Shown here in pieces: positions 38,819-52,600 of a stretch of DNA of 64,000 nucleotides; within the stretch, counting starts at the first letter, position 1, and each line of letters starts with the position of its first letter. Origin of the DNA: Lingula anatina (lineage: Eukaryota; Animalia; Brachiopoda); contig CM120642.1 of assembly GCA_051362555.1 (NCBI GenBank), positions 17,050,001 to 17,114,000 on the forward strand, written 5' to 3'. Made by a program: the position numbers and the translations under genes. The notes under the pieces are model-generated. The model had not been told where the DNA came from. It did not search any database and saw nothing but the letters and a program-made list of their open reading frames with translations.

Positions 38819-40642
38819 ATGCAGAAAACTTGGATAGTTTGTCTGGTTTTGGTGACATTTTCTCTGGTGAGTACTAACGCACGCTGTCTATGGGATCCGA
38901 AGTATAACCTTGAGCTGTTTAATTAACTTATTTAAATATATTTGCAATAAGCCCTTCTACAATTACAAACCTTATTGAAACTGTGAATGTTAAGCATTTT
39001 GTTATTTTTCGCATAACGAGAACGCTCTGGAAGATATCGATAAACAATGCATAGACGTCATATTGATATCAACTCAAGAAAATATTAATTCCTTATTAAA
39101 TAAACTACTATGATTGTAAATAAAAACGCATTCTAGGGGCAAGACACAACTGGGAAAGGTCGGCAAAATGGATATGGAAGAGAGAACCAAAGTGAGTATA
39201 TTATACACTATTTTCGAATTTTAAATTTGAGGTTTAGTGATTCTTTTAAGCATTCGATATTAGATGATGGACGTCTTAATTGCGTGTGCGGAAATAATTT
39301 GCTCCCATCCATTTTTTTCACCACAGGCAAAAATGCATGTAATGGGGTAATGCAAGGGAAAGCAAAAGTCCCAAACGACTGCCGGAAGTACACAATTTGT
39401 CTCCTCGGGCACTCGTTCAGGAAACAGACCTGCGACTCCAACCTGGTTTTCAACCAGAGAACAAACGAATGTGACACTATTGCTAATCTCGAGGCAGATG
39501 ACCCCTGTAAGGACGCTGGCGCTAAAGCAAAAACCATGAACCCTCCGGAGCACTTTGACACTCCAAAATGCTTTTACAAGGGTATCCAGTATGAAGAGGG
39601 GGTACAGTGGGTGGACAAGTGCCAGAATTGCACCTGTATCGCAGCCCCAGCCATCATACACTGCACGGAAAGGTAGATACAATTGCCATGCTTCATAAAC
39701 ATTTGATTTTAGAATCCTGTTTTGCAAAAAGCAATGGGTACCAACGACGAATGTGCCTCATGGTAATTGAATTCCATGATACATTATAAATCTTGCGTTA
39801 AGTCTATCGTTAGACTTTATATAGCTTTATATAGCGTATTCAGACCATAATTTTAAAAAATAACTCAGAACATATAGCGTCATATTGTAATTACGTTGCT
39901 TTCGTTTGTGTATGATATAAATGTTGAGTTTCCGCTTTTCGATTTTTCTTATGGAGAGAGGGGGTTCACCATACAAAATTAAGTATATATGCACTGCAAT
40001 TCGTTCTAGCTGCCCTAAATTCGACAAGCTACCTGCCCGGTGCAGAGTCGTGAAAGCCCAAGACGACAATTGCTGTGGCAAACTACAGTGTGACCCACCA
40101 CCAATTGCCACACCCACTCCTGAGTCAACTACAGGGTCCACTTCCACTGCTACAATAACCACAACTATACCTTCCACTTCTACTATTGTTTCAACCACGA
40201 CATTACCAGAACCAAAATGTACCTACAAGGGTAAACTGTACAGTGGCGGTGAAGTGTGGGAAGACGACTGTCAAATTCACACTTGTGTTGCTCCCCCGTT
40301 CTTCATACATAGCAAGCCAAGGTAAGATATGAATGACACCGTTTCTGAATCCCCAGTTAGTGGAGAGCCATTTCGCAAGGCATTTACCTGTTAACATTGT
40401 CTTATTCATTATATCAATAGATGGCGTTTTAAGATAATGTTAACACGCCATCCATTACATCAATGAGTGTCATATTACAGAGTTGTCTATGCGGGTCCAT
40501 TTTGCGTTTTGCGTGATTTTCAGAGCAAAAGGTTAATTGATAGTATAAAGCACTTTGTCGACAGGGTACTCAATAGTTTATACAACGTAGGTTTGCAAGC
40601 AGTGACTTCCAGGTAAAATTCAGCATATTGGGACTCAGCATA

Positions 40643-40695
<53 letters not shown>

Positions 40696-43600
40696 CACGT
40701 TGAAGCACCATTTAAGCAAGAAAGAAGGACAGTTAGTGAAATCCACGTTATTCAAATGCCACGAGGTGCCCTCTTTTTCAATGAATTGTTTTTTATTACA
40801 GGTGCCACCCACTGACATCTACTGGTGTCTTCAATAACTGTAGGATTGTAGAAGACCCAGCAAATCCGTGCTGTCAAAAAACAATTTGCGACCAAGCTAC
40901 TGCATCGCCACAGATTTTGAAGCTGACCACAACTCCGCCTCAAATGAGTACACGTGCAGAGACAAAGCCAACCACTGCAAAATCAGCTTCTACAAGCACA
41001 GTGCGACCTACTCCAAAAATTATCGCCTCTGCAACCCCAGTCATGAAGACCTCTACTACTGAATTAACAACCACTGTCACTAAATCAACTGCTGCACCAA
41101 CCACCAGCAACACAGAGCCCACAACAACTACTATCAAAGTGTCGACCACTGAACCCAAAACCACCCCCAAATCCACCACCCTAAAACCTAAAACCGCCAG
41201 ACCTGAACCTACCACTTCGACCATCGCCTCAACCACTGCATTGCCTGAACCAAAATGTACCTACAAGGGTAAACTGTACAGTGGCGGTGAAGTGTGGGAA
41301 GACGACTGTCAGATTCACACGTGTGTTTCTCCTCCGTTCCTCATACATAGTGCACCAAGGTAAGATATCCCCGACTGATACTTGGAAACGACTCGAAAAC
41401 TTGTAACTGTATGCTTTTTAACAAATGCTTTTTTATACACATTATAATTTGAACTCCTATGCAATGTTTTTAAAATTGTTTTATAAAATGTCGATTTTAA
41501 TCAGTTAAACCATCTACATTTTCAAAGATTTATTTCACATGTTGAGTGTTTTTAAACCATTTGCTGTGAAGCCCAAAACACACTTATGAAAGATGAAACG
41601 AAATATTGCTGAGTTGAATGTACGATTCCAGATGCCCACAGCCTGCGATAAATGGAGACAATAATAAGTGTAGGATCATACAGGACCCAGACGACCCCTG
41701 CTGTCAAAAAGTAATTTGTAACCAAACTACTGCATCGCCGGAGATTTTGAAACAAACCCCTACAACCAGTACAACTGAACCCACATCCACTACAATCAAA
41801 ATCCCTACCACATCCACAAAATCTAAAAACACTGCCACAAAACCCACAACTACTGTTCAAAACCCCACAACCACGACCACTAAACCTACAACCACTACCA
41901 CTGAACCTACCACTTCTACCATTGCCTCAACCACGGCATTACCTGAACCAAAATGTACCTACAAGGGTAAACTGTACAGTGGCGGTGAAGTGTGGGAAGA
42001 CGACTGTCAGATTCACACCTGTGTTGCTCCTCCGTTCTTCATACATAGCACGCCAAGGTAAGAAATCATTGAGTTGGGCTTTATTGAATTTTCTTCAAGC
42101 TTTTAAACCAGCAAATGTTCAGTTGTTATAATTATGATTTTACTTTTTCAAAGCCTTTTTGCCCTGCAAAAATTTAATATGCCTTTGTTTAGAACAAATG
42201 CTGATTTTTAATTTGTATCATTACTACTGATACAATGTGTAGAAAATGATTCTAAAAATTAAGACTTGTTTTTTTGAGCTGAAATTTTAAAGTCTTTAAA
42301 TAGTAACTTGTATGAGTTTTATATAAAACATGTAAAGCATTAAAAATATTTTGGCATGAAGCCAAAAAACACTTTTAAAAGACGGAATATAATAAGTCAA
42401 ATTAAAATTCCAGATGCCCCCAGCCGGCGATAAATGGAGGCAATAATAAGTGTAGAATCATACAGGACCCAGACGACCCCTGCTGTCAAAAAGTAATATG
42501 CAACGAAAATACAACCACAACTCTAACAATTACAACCACTAAAAAGGAATCCAAAACAACTGCCTCAAATCTCACAACTGCGACCACAAAAACCACAAAT
42601 ATCACAACTGAACTTACAACAACTACCACTGAACCTACCACTTCTACCATTGCCTCAACCACGGCATTACCTGAACCAAAATGTACCTACAAGGGTAAAC
42701 TGTACAGTGGCGGTGAAGTGTGGGAAGACGACTGTCAGATTCACACCTGTGCTGCTCCTCCGTTCTTCATACATAGCACGCCGAGGTAAGATACCCCTTA
42801 CTTATACTTGGAAACGATTCCAATCCAGTTAACTGTATGCTTTTATGCTTTTTAACAATTGCTTTTTTATACATATTATAATTTGAACTCCTACACAATG
42901 TATTTTAGATTGTTTCATAAAATGTAGATTTTAATGAGTTGATTTAAAGCAACTACATTTTCAAAGATTCGGTTAACATTTATAGTGTTTTTAAACCATT
43001 TGCTGTGAAGCCCAAAACACACTTATGAAAGATGAAACAAAATATTGCTAATTTTAACGTACTATTCCAGATGCCCACAGCCTGCGATAAATGGAGGCAA
43101 TAATAAGTGTAGGATCATACAGGACCCAGACGACCCCTGCTGTCAAAAAGTAATTTGTAACCAAACTACTGCATCGCCGGAGATTTTGAAACAAACCCCT
43201 ACAACCAGTACAACTGAACCCACATCCACTACAATCAAAATCCCTACCACATCCACAAAATCCATAACCACTGCAACAAAACCCACAACCACTGTTCAAA
43301 TACCTACAAGCACGACCACAAAACCTACAAACACCACCACTAAACTTACAACCACTGCCACTGAAACTACCACTTCTACCATTGCCTCAACCACGGCATT
43401 ACCAGAACCAAAATGTACCTACAAGGGTAAACTGTACGTTGGAGGTGAAGTGTGGGAAGACGACTGTCAGATTCACACGTGTGTTGCCCCTCCGTTCCTC
43501 ATACATAGCAAGCCAAGGTAAGATACTTCTGGATTGCCCTTGAAAGCAGTACCAAATTTTCTATTCTGATGCTTTTTATGTACATTGCTTAAACTTCCAA

Positions 43601-46600
43601 ACTTTAATATCGATATTATGGACTCGGTGTCAAAAGTGCTGAGAAGCTCTTTAAATCTTTACCTTGAGGATGATTAATTACCTAATTTTTTGAGTTCATA
43701 TCCAAAACTATGTATCAAACCTGCTGCTATCAGATAACGCATAGTTCTAAAAATTGTAATAATTTGCATTATGAAGGAATTCATAATGCAGGTATAGCGC
43801 AGACAAATCAGCAAATTGTAATAAGAACATAAGTGTTTATATCAAATAAGCAAAGTATGGCAGTTTAATTGGAAATCTTGTGTGCCGAGGCCACAAGCCA
43901 AATGCAACACTTAGGGATTGCACCACTGTAATACAAGCGCATAAAATTACCTTACCAACTTAACATTGAAAAATGCATTGGGCAAGACAAAAATACATAC
44001 GCAACCCTTATTGGCTGTTGCATAAACCAGAGCATTGCTTGGCCTTACTTTAATCTTATATTTCAGATGCCTTCCACTGACACCTGGTGGTGTTTTTAAT
44101 ACTTGCAAGATTGTGGAAGACCCAGAAGATCCTTGCTGTCAAAAAACAATATGTGACCCAGCCACTGCCCCACCAGAGATTTTGAAACAGACCACTCCTA
44201 CTACAACAAAGACAACCAAAGTGGCCATCACAAAAACAACTTCTAAACCATCAACGACTACAACTGAAGCTACCGCTACAACAATCATCAAACCTACAAT
44301 GCCTACAGTTGAACCTACAACTACAACAACTACCAAAGCTACAACGACTACAACTGAACCTTCAACTACTACAACAACTAAAGCTACCACTACAACTGAA
44401 CCTACAACTCCAACAACTACCAAAGCTACAACAACTACAACTGAACCTACAACTACAACAACAACCAAAGCTACCACTACAGCTGAGCCTACAACCACAG
44501 TTGAGCCCACGACTACAACTACTTCCAAACCCCAAACCACTACCACTGAACCTATCACTTCTACCATTGCCTCAACCACCACATTACCTGAACCAAAATG
44601 TACCTACAAGGGTAAATTGTACAGTGGCGGTGAAGTGTGGGAAGACGACTGTCAAATTCACACCTGTGTTGCTCCTCCGTTCTTCATACATAGCAAGCCA
44701 AGGTAAGATTTATCTGGCTCGCCCTTGAAGACAGTAACAATGTTCTAGCCTGGTGCTTTTTTTTGTATATATTGTTGAATCTGACAAATTTTCATAAAAT
44801 TACCAACTTATAACATTGAAAAATGCATTTGGCAAGACTGAAATTCATATGCGCCATCTAATGGGTGTTGCATAAACCACACCATTTCTTGGCCTGACTT
44901 TAGTATTATATTTCAGATGCCTCCCGCTGACATCTGGTAGTGTTTTTAATAATTGCAAGATTGTGGAAGACCCAGAAGATCCTTGCTGTCAAAAAACAAT
45001 ATGTGACCCAGCCACTGCCCCACCAGAGATTTTGAAACAGACCACTCCTACTACAACAAAGACAACCAAAGTGGCCATCACAAAAACAACTTCTAAGCCT
45101 TCAACTACAACCGCTACAACTACCAGCAAACCTTCAACGACTACAACTGAAGCTACCATTATAACAACCACCAAACCTACAATGCCTATAACTGAACCTG
45201 CAACCACAACAACCACCAAACCTACAACGACTACAACTGAACCTACCACTACAACTACCACCATACCTACAACGACTACAACTGAACCTACAACTACCAC
45301 ATCTACCAAAGCTACAATGACTACAACTGAACCTACAACTACAACAACAACCAAAGCTACCACTACAACTGAACCTACAACTCCAACAACTACCAAAGCT
45401 ACAACGACTACAACTGAACCTACAACTACAACAACAACAAAAGCTACCACTACAAGTGAACCTACAACTACAAGAGCCACCAAAGCTACAACGACTACAA
45501 CTGAACCTACAACTATAAAAACTACCAAAGCTACAACAACTACAACTGAACCTACAACTACAACAACAACCAAAGCTACCACTACAACTGAGCCTACAAC
45601 CACAATTGAGTCCACGACTACAACTACTTCCAAACCCCAAACCACTACCACTGAACCTACCACTTCTACCATTGCCTCAACCACCACATTACCTGAACCA
45701 AAATGTACCTACAAGGGTAAACTGTACAGTGGCGGTGAAGTGTGGGAAGAGAACTGTCAAATTCACACCTGTGTTGCTCCTCCGTTTTTCATACATAGCA
45801 AGCCAAGGTAAGTTCCATCTTGCTCGCCCTTTTATGATAATTGATTTATCATTTTATGATCATGCATTTAACTATGCATCTAACCTGTTGCTGTCACAAA
45901 TCAATCATACTACAATGCAAATCAGTATGCAGATACAGCACAGACAAATCAGTAGTCGTTAAAAAAAAAGAAATAAAAGAAATATAACCATGTTTAGTTT
46001 GATACCCAATAGTTGTTAAATAAACTTTTATGTTATTTGGGAAAATTATAACAATTTCATCAGAATATATTTTGGATGCCGTAGTCCCAAGCCAAATGCA
46101 ACACTTCTGGAATGCACCAATGGTATATAAACGAATAAAATTACCTTACCAACTTAACATTGAAAATGCAATAGGCTAGACTGAAGTTCATATGCGACAT
46201 CTAATGGGTGTTGCATAAACCAGACCATTTCTTGGCCTGACTTTAGTCTTATATTTCAGATGCCTCCCACTGACATCTGGTAGTGTTTTTAATAATTGCA
46301 AGATTGTTGAAGACCCAGAAGATCCTTGCTGTCAAAAAGCAATATGTGACCCAGCCACTGCCCCACCAGAGATTTTGAAACAGACCACTCCTACTACAAC
46401 AAAGACAACCAAAGTGGCCATCACAAAAACAACTTCTAAGCCTTCAACTACAACCGCTACAACTACCAGCAAACCTTCAACGACTACAACTGAAGCTACC
46501 ATTATAACAACCACCAAACCTACAATGCCTACAACTGAACCTGCAACCACAACAACCACCAAACCTACAACGACGACTACAACTGAACCTACCACTACAA

Positions 46601-49600
46601 CTACCACCATACATACAACGACTACAACTGAACCTACAACTACCACATCTACCAAAGCTACAATGACTACAACTGAACCTACAACTACAACAACAACCAA
46701 AGCTACCACTACAACTGAACCTACAACTCCAACAACTACCAAAGCTACAACAACTACAACTGAACCTACAACTACAACAACAACAAAAGCTACCACTACA
46801 AGTGAACCTACAACTACAACAGGCACCAAAGCTACAACGAGTACAACTGAACCTACAACTACAACAACTACCAAAGCTACAACAACTACAACTGAACCTA
46901 CAACCACAATTGAGCCCACGACTACAACTACTTCCAAACCCCAAACCACTACCACTGAACCTACCACTTCTACCATTGTCTCAACCACCACATTACCTGA
47001 ACCAAAATGTACCTACAAGGGTAAATTGTACAGTGGCGGTGAAGTGTGGGAAGACGACTGTCAAATTCACACCTGTGTTGCTCCTCCGTTCTTCATACAT
47101 AGCAAGCCAAGGTAAGTTCCATCTTGCTCGCCCTTTTATGATAATTGATTTATCATTTTATGATCATGCATTTAACTATGCATCTGACCTGTTGCTGTCA
47201 CAAATCAATCATACTATAATGCAAATCAGTATGCAGATACAGCACAGACAAATCAGTAGTCATTAAAAAAGAACAAACAATGAATTGTTATATTATTATT
47301 ATTATTACCAAACTTGCAATCCGAGGGTAAACAATCATTGCATCATAGTTGGATAAAACCATTAGTAAGTAAGAATAAAGAAATATTAAAAGACATATGT
47401 TAGCAAATTTAAAACAAAATATCTAAAATGCAAGGTTAAAAAAAAAATAAAATAAAAGAAATATAACCATGTTTAGTTTGATACCCAATAGTTGTTAAAT
47501 AAACTTTTATGTCATTTTGGGAAATTATAACAGTTGCATCGGAATATATTTTGGATGCCGTAGTCCCAAGCCAAATGCAACACTTCTGGAATGCACCAAT
47601 GGTATATAAACGAATAAAATTACCTTACCAACTTAACATTGAAAATGCAATAGGCTAGACTGAAGTTCATATGCGACATCTAATGGGTGTTGCATTAACC
47701 AGACCTTCTCTTGGCCTGACTTTAGTCTTATATTTCAGATGCCTCCCGCTGACATCTGGTAGTGTTTTTAATAATTGCAAGATTGTTGAAGACCCAGAAA
47801 ATCCTTGCTGTCAAAAAACAATATGTGACCCAGCCACTGCCCCACCAGAGATTTTGAAACAGACCACTCCTACTACAACAAAGACAACCAAAGTGACCAT
47901 CACAAAAACAACTTCTAAACCTTCAACTGCAACCACTACAACTACCAGCAAACCTTCAACGACTACAACCGAAGCAACCACTACAACAACAACCAAACCT
48001 ACAATGCCTACAACTGAATCTACAACTACAACAACCACCAAAACTTCAACGACTACAACTGAACCTACAACTACAACAACCACCAAACCTACAACGACTA
48101 CAACTGAACATACAACTACCACAACTACCAAAGCTACAATTAATACAACTGAACCTACAACTACAACAACTACCAAAGCTACAACGCCTACAACTGAACC
48201 CACAACTACAACTACCACCAAACCTACAACTACTACAACCGATCCTATAACGACAAAAACTACCAAACCTACAATGACTACAACTGAACCTACAACTACA
48301 ACAACAACCAAAGATACCACTACAACTGAACCTACAACTACAACAACTACCAAAGCTACAACAACTACAACTGAACCTACAACTACAACAACAACCAAAG
48401 CTACCACTACAACTGAACCTACAACCACAGTTGAGCCCACGACTACAACTACTTCCAAACCCCAAACCACTACCACTGAATCTACCACTTCTACCATTGC
48501 CTCAACCACCACATTACCTGAACCAAAATGTACCTACAAGGGTAAACTGTACAGTGGCGGTGAAGTGTGGGAAGACGACTGTCAAATTCACACCTGTGTT
48601 GCTCCTCCGTTCTTCATACATAGCAAGCCAAGGTAAGATTTATCTGGCTCGCCCTTGAAGACAGTAACAATGTTCTAGCCTGGTGCTTTTTTTTGTATAT
48701 ATTGTTGAATCTGACAAATTTTCATAATTTTCTTAATGAGACTCTTAAAAGCATCATCTTTTATAATAATGGATTTATCATTTTATGATCATGCATTTAA
48801 CTATGCACTAACCTGTTGCTGTCACAAATAATACAATTTTTAATTGTGATCATTTTACTATAATGTAAATCAGTATGTTGATATAGCACAGACAAATCAG
48901 AAAGTCGTTAAAAAGAACAAACAATGAATAAAACATGTTTAGCTTAATACCCAATAGTTGTTAAATAAACTTTTATGTCATTGGGCAAATTATAAGAGTT
49001 TCATCGGAATCAATACTTTGGATGCCGTAGTCCCAAGCCAAATGAAGCACTTCTGGAATGCATCAATGTAATACAAACGCATAAAATTACCTTACCAACT
49101 TAACATTGAAAATGCAATGTGCTAGAGTGAAGTTCATATGCGACATCTAATGGGTGTTGCATAAACCAGAGCATTTCTCGCCATGACTTTAGTCTTATAT
49201 TTCAGATGCCTCCCGCTGACATCTGGTAGTGTTTTTAATAATTGCAAGATTGTGGAAGACCCAGAAGATCCTTGCTGTCAAAAAACAATATGTGACCCAG
49301 CCACTGCCCCACCAGAGATTTTGAAACAGACCACTCCTACTACAACAAAGACAACCAAAGTGGCCATCACAAAAACAACTTCTAAGCCTTCAACTACAAC
49401 CGCTACAACTACCAGCAAACCTTCAACGACTACAACTGAAGCTACCACTACAACAACCATCAAACCTACAATGCTTACAAATGAACCTGCAACTACAACT
49501 ACCACCAAACCTACAACTACTACAAGTGAACCTACAACTACAACAAGTACCAAACCTACAACGACTACAACTGAACCTACAACTACAACAACAACCAAAG

Positions 49601-52600
49601 CTACCACTACATCTGAACCTACAACTACAACAACTACCAAAGCTACAACGACTACAACTGAACCTCCAACTACTACAACAACCAAAGCTACCACTACAGC
49701 TAAACCTACAACTACAACAGCCACCAAAGCTACAACGACTACAACTGAACCTACAACTACAACAACAACCAAAGTTACAACGACTTCAACTGAACCTACA
49801 ACCACAGTTGAGCCCACGACTACAACTACTTCCAAACCCCAAACCACTACCACTGAACCTACCACTTCTACCATTGCCTCAACCACCACATTACCTGAAC
49901 CAAAATGTACCTACAAGGGTAAACTTTACAGTGGCGGTGAAGTGTGGGAAGACGACTGTCAAATTCACACCTGTGTTGCTCCTCCGTTCTTCATACATAG
50001 CAAGCCAAGGTAAGATTTATCTGGCTCGCCCTTGAAGACAGTAACAATGTTCTAGCCTGGTGCTTTTTTTTGTATATATTGTTGAATCTGACAAATTTTC
50101 ATAATTTTCTTAATGAAACTCTTAAAAGCATCATCTTTTATAATAATTGATTTATCATTTTATGATCATGCATTTAAGCTATGCATCTAACCTGTTGCTG
50201 TCACAAATCATACAATTTTTAATTATGATCATTTTACTATAATGTAAATCAGTATGTTGATATAGCACAGACTAATCAGAAATTCGTTAAAAAGAACAAA
50301 CAATGAATAAAACATGTTTAGCTTAATACCCAATAGTTGTTAAATAAACTTTTATGTCATTGGGCAAATTATAAGAGTTTCATCGGAATCAATAGCCAAA
50401 TGCAGCACTTCTGGAATGCATCAATGTAATATAAACGCATAAAATTACCTTACCAACTTAACATTGAAAATGCAATGTGCTAGAGTGAAGTTCATATGAG
50501 ACATCTAATGGGTGTTGCATAAACCAGAGCATTTCTTGCCCTGACTTTAGTCTTATATTTCAGATGCCTCCCGCTGACATCTGGTAGTGTTTTTAATAAT
50601 TGCAAGATTGTGGAAGACCCAGAAGATCCTTGCTGTCAAAAAACAATATGTGACCCAGCCACTGCCCCACCAGAAATTTTGAAACAGACCACTCCTACTA
50701 CAACAAAGACAACCAAAGTGGCCATCACAGAAACAACTTCTAAACCTTCAACTGCAACCACAGCAAGCACAAAACCTACACCGACTACAACTGAACGTAC
50801 CACCACACCCACCACCAAACCTTCAACTTCCTCCCCTGAATCTACCACTGCAACAGTCATCAAAACTACAACGACTACAACTGAAACTGCGACTACAACT
50901 ACCCCCAAACCTACAGCGACTACAAGTAAACCTACAACTACAACATCAACCACAATTGAGCCTACGACTACAACTACTTTTAAACCTACAACTTCTACCA
51001 AACCTACAACGACTGCCACAAACCCTACAACCACCTCCAAACCCCCAACCACTACCACTGAACCTACCACTTCTACCACTGCATTACCAGAACCAAAATG
51101 TACCTACAAGGGTAAACTGTACAGTGGCGGTGAAGTGTGGGAAGACGACTGTCAGATTCACACCTGTGTTGCCCCTCCGTTCTTTATACATAGCACGCCA
51201 AGGTAAGACACATCTGGTTTGCCTTGAAGACAGTAAACGATGTTCTATGCTGATGCTATTTAGTATATATTGTTTAAGCTGAGAGATGTTCATAATGATA
51301 CTATAAGGACTTGATGTGACTTTCTTTAAAGTATATTCTTTTATAATAATTGATTGATCATTTTATGACCATGTACAAAACTATGCATCAAACTTGTTGC
51401 TGTCACAAATCATGCAATTTTTAATTCTAATCATTTCTACTATGGTGCACATCTGTATTCAGATATAACACAGACAAATCAGAAAATCGCAGAAAAGAAC
51501 AAGCAATTAACATAACTAATTAATCTTTGATACCCAATACTTGTTAAATAACATTTTATGTCATTTGAGGAGATCATAACAATTTAATGGGAATCAACAT
51601 TTGGTATGCCGTGGTCCTAGGGCAAACGAAACACTACAGAAATGCACCAATGTAATATATACGCATAAAATTACCTTATCAACTGAACACTGATAAAAAT
51701 GTATTCGGCAAGACAGAAATACATATGCAACCTCTAGTGGGTGTTACATAAACCAGAGAATTGCTTGCCCTGATTGTAATCTTATATTTCAGATGCCTTC
51801 CGCTGACATCAAGTAGTGTTTTTAATAATTGCAAGATTGTGGAAGACCCAGAAGATCCTTGCTGCCAAAAAACAATATGTGACCCAGCCACTGCTCCACC
51901 AGAGATTTTGAAACCAACCACTCCTACTGCAACAAAGACAACCAAAGTGGTCATCACAGAAACAACTTCTAAGCCTTCAACTACAACCACTACAATAACC
52001 ACCAAACCTACACCGACCACAACGGAACCAACAACAACTACAACTGGACCTACAACTACAACAACCAATAAACATACAATGACTACAACTGAACCTATAA
52101 CTACAACAACCACAAAACCTACACCGACTACAACTGAACCTACAACTACAACTGAACCTACCACTACAACAACCACACAGCCTACACCAACTACAACTGA
52201 ACCTACCACTACAACAACCACCAAGCCTACCCCAACTACAACTGAATCTACCATTACAACAACCACCAAGCCTACACCAACTACAACTGAGCCTACAACT
52301 ACAGCAACCACCAAACCAACACCAACTACAACTGAACCTACAACTACAACTGAACCTACAACTACAACAACCAAAGCTACAACGACTACAACTAAACCCA
52401 CCATTTCAACCACTACATCACCCGAACCCAAAACATCTCCTAAAGTTATGTCTGTTACTCCAGAACTCACCAAAAGCACTAAGCCAACGGCCGCCATAAA
52501 ACCTACCCCGTCTGAATCTACCACTACAACAACCAACAAACCTACCACTACTACTACTGAACCTACCACTACTACTAAAATCAAGGCTACAACTACTACA

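Noticed and set aside
45134-48465. Cys/Ser-rich minus-strand ORFs (CSCRFSCS...) resembling metallothionein/keratin-associated proteins
   Set aside because: Alternative antisense frame of the same ACTACA repeats; no independent gene structure.
40010-51202. Near-identical repeats with variable spacers (CRISPR-like appearance)
   Set aside because: Repeats are ~130-nt coding exon ends with GT donors, spaced 0.7-1.5 kb apart, in a eukaryotic gene; no cas genes.
44309-51282. Leu/Gln-rich plus-strand ORFs (LQLQQLPKLQ...)
   Set aside because: Shifted reading frame of the Thr repeats, lacking stops for compositional reasons.
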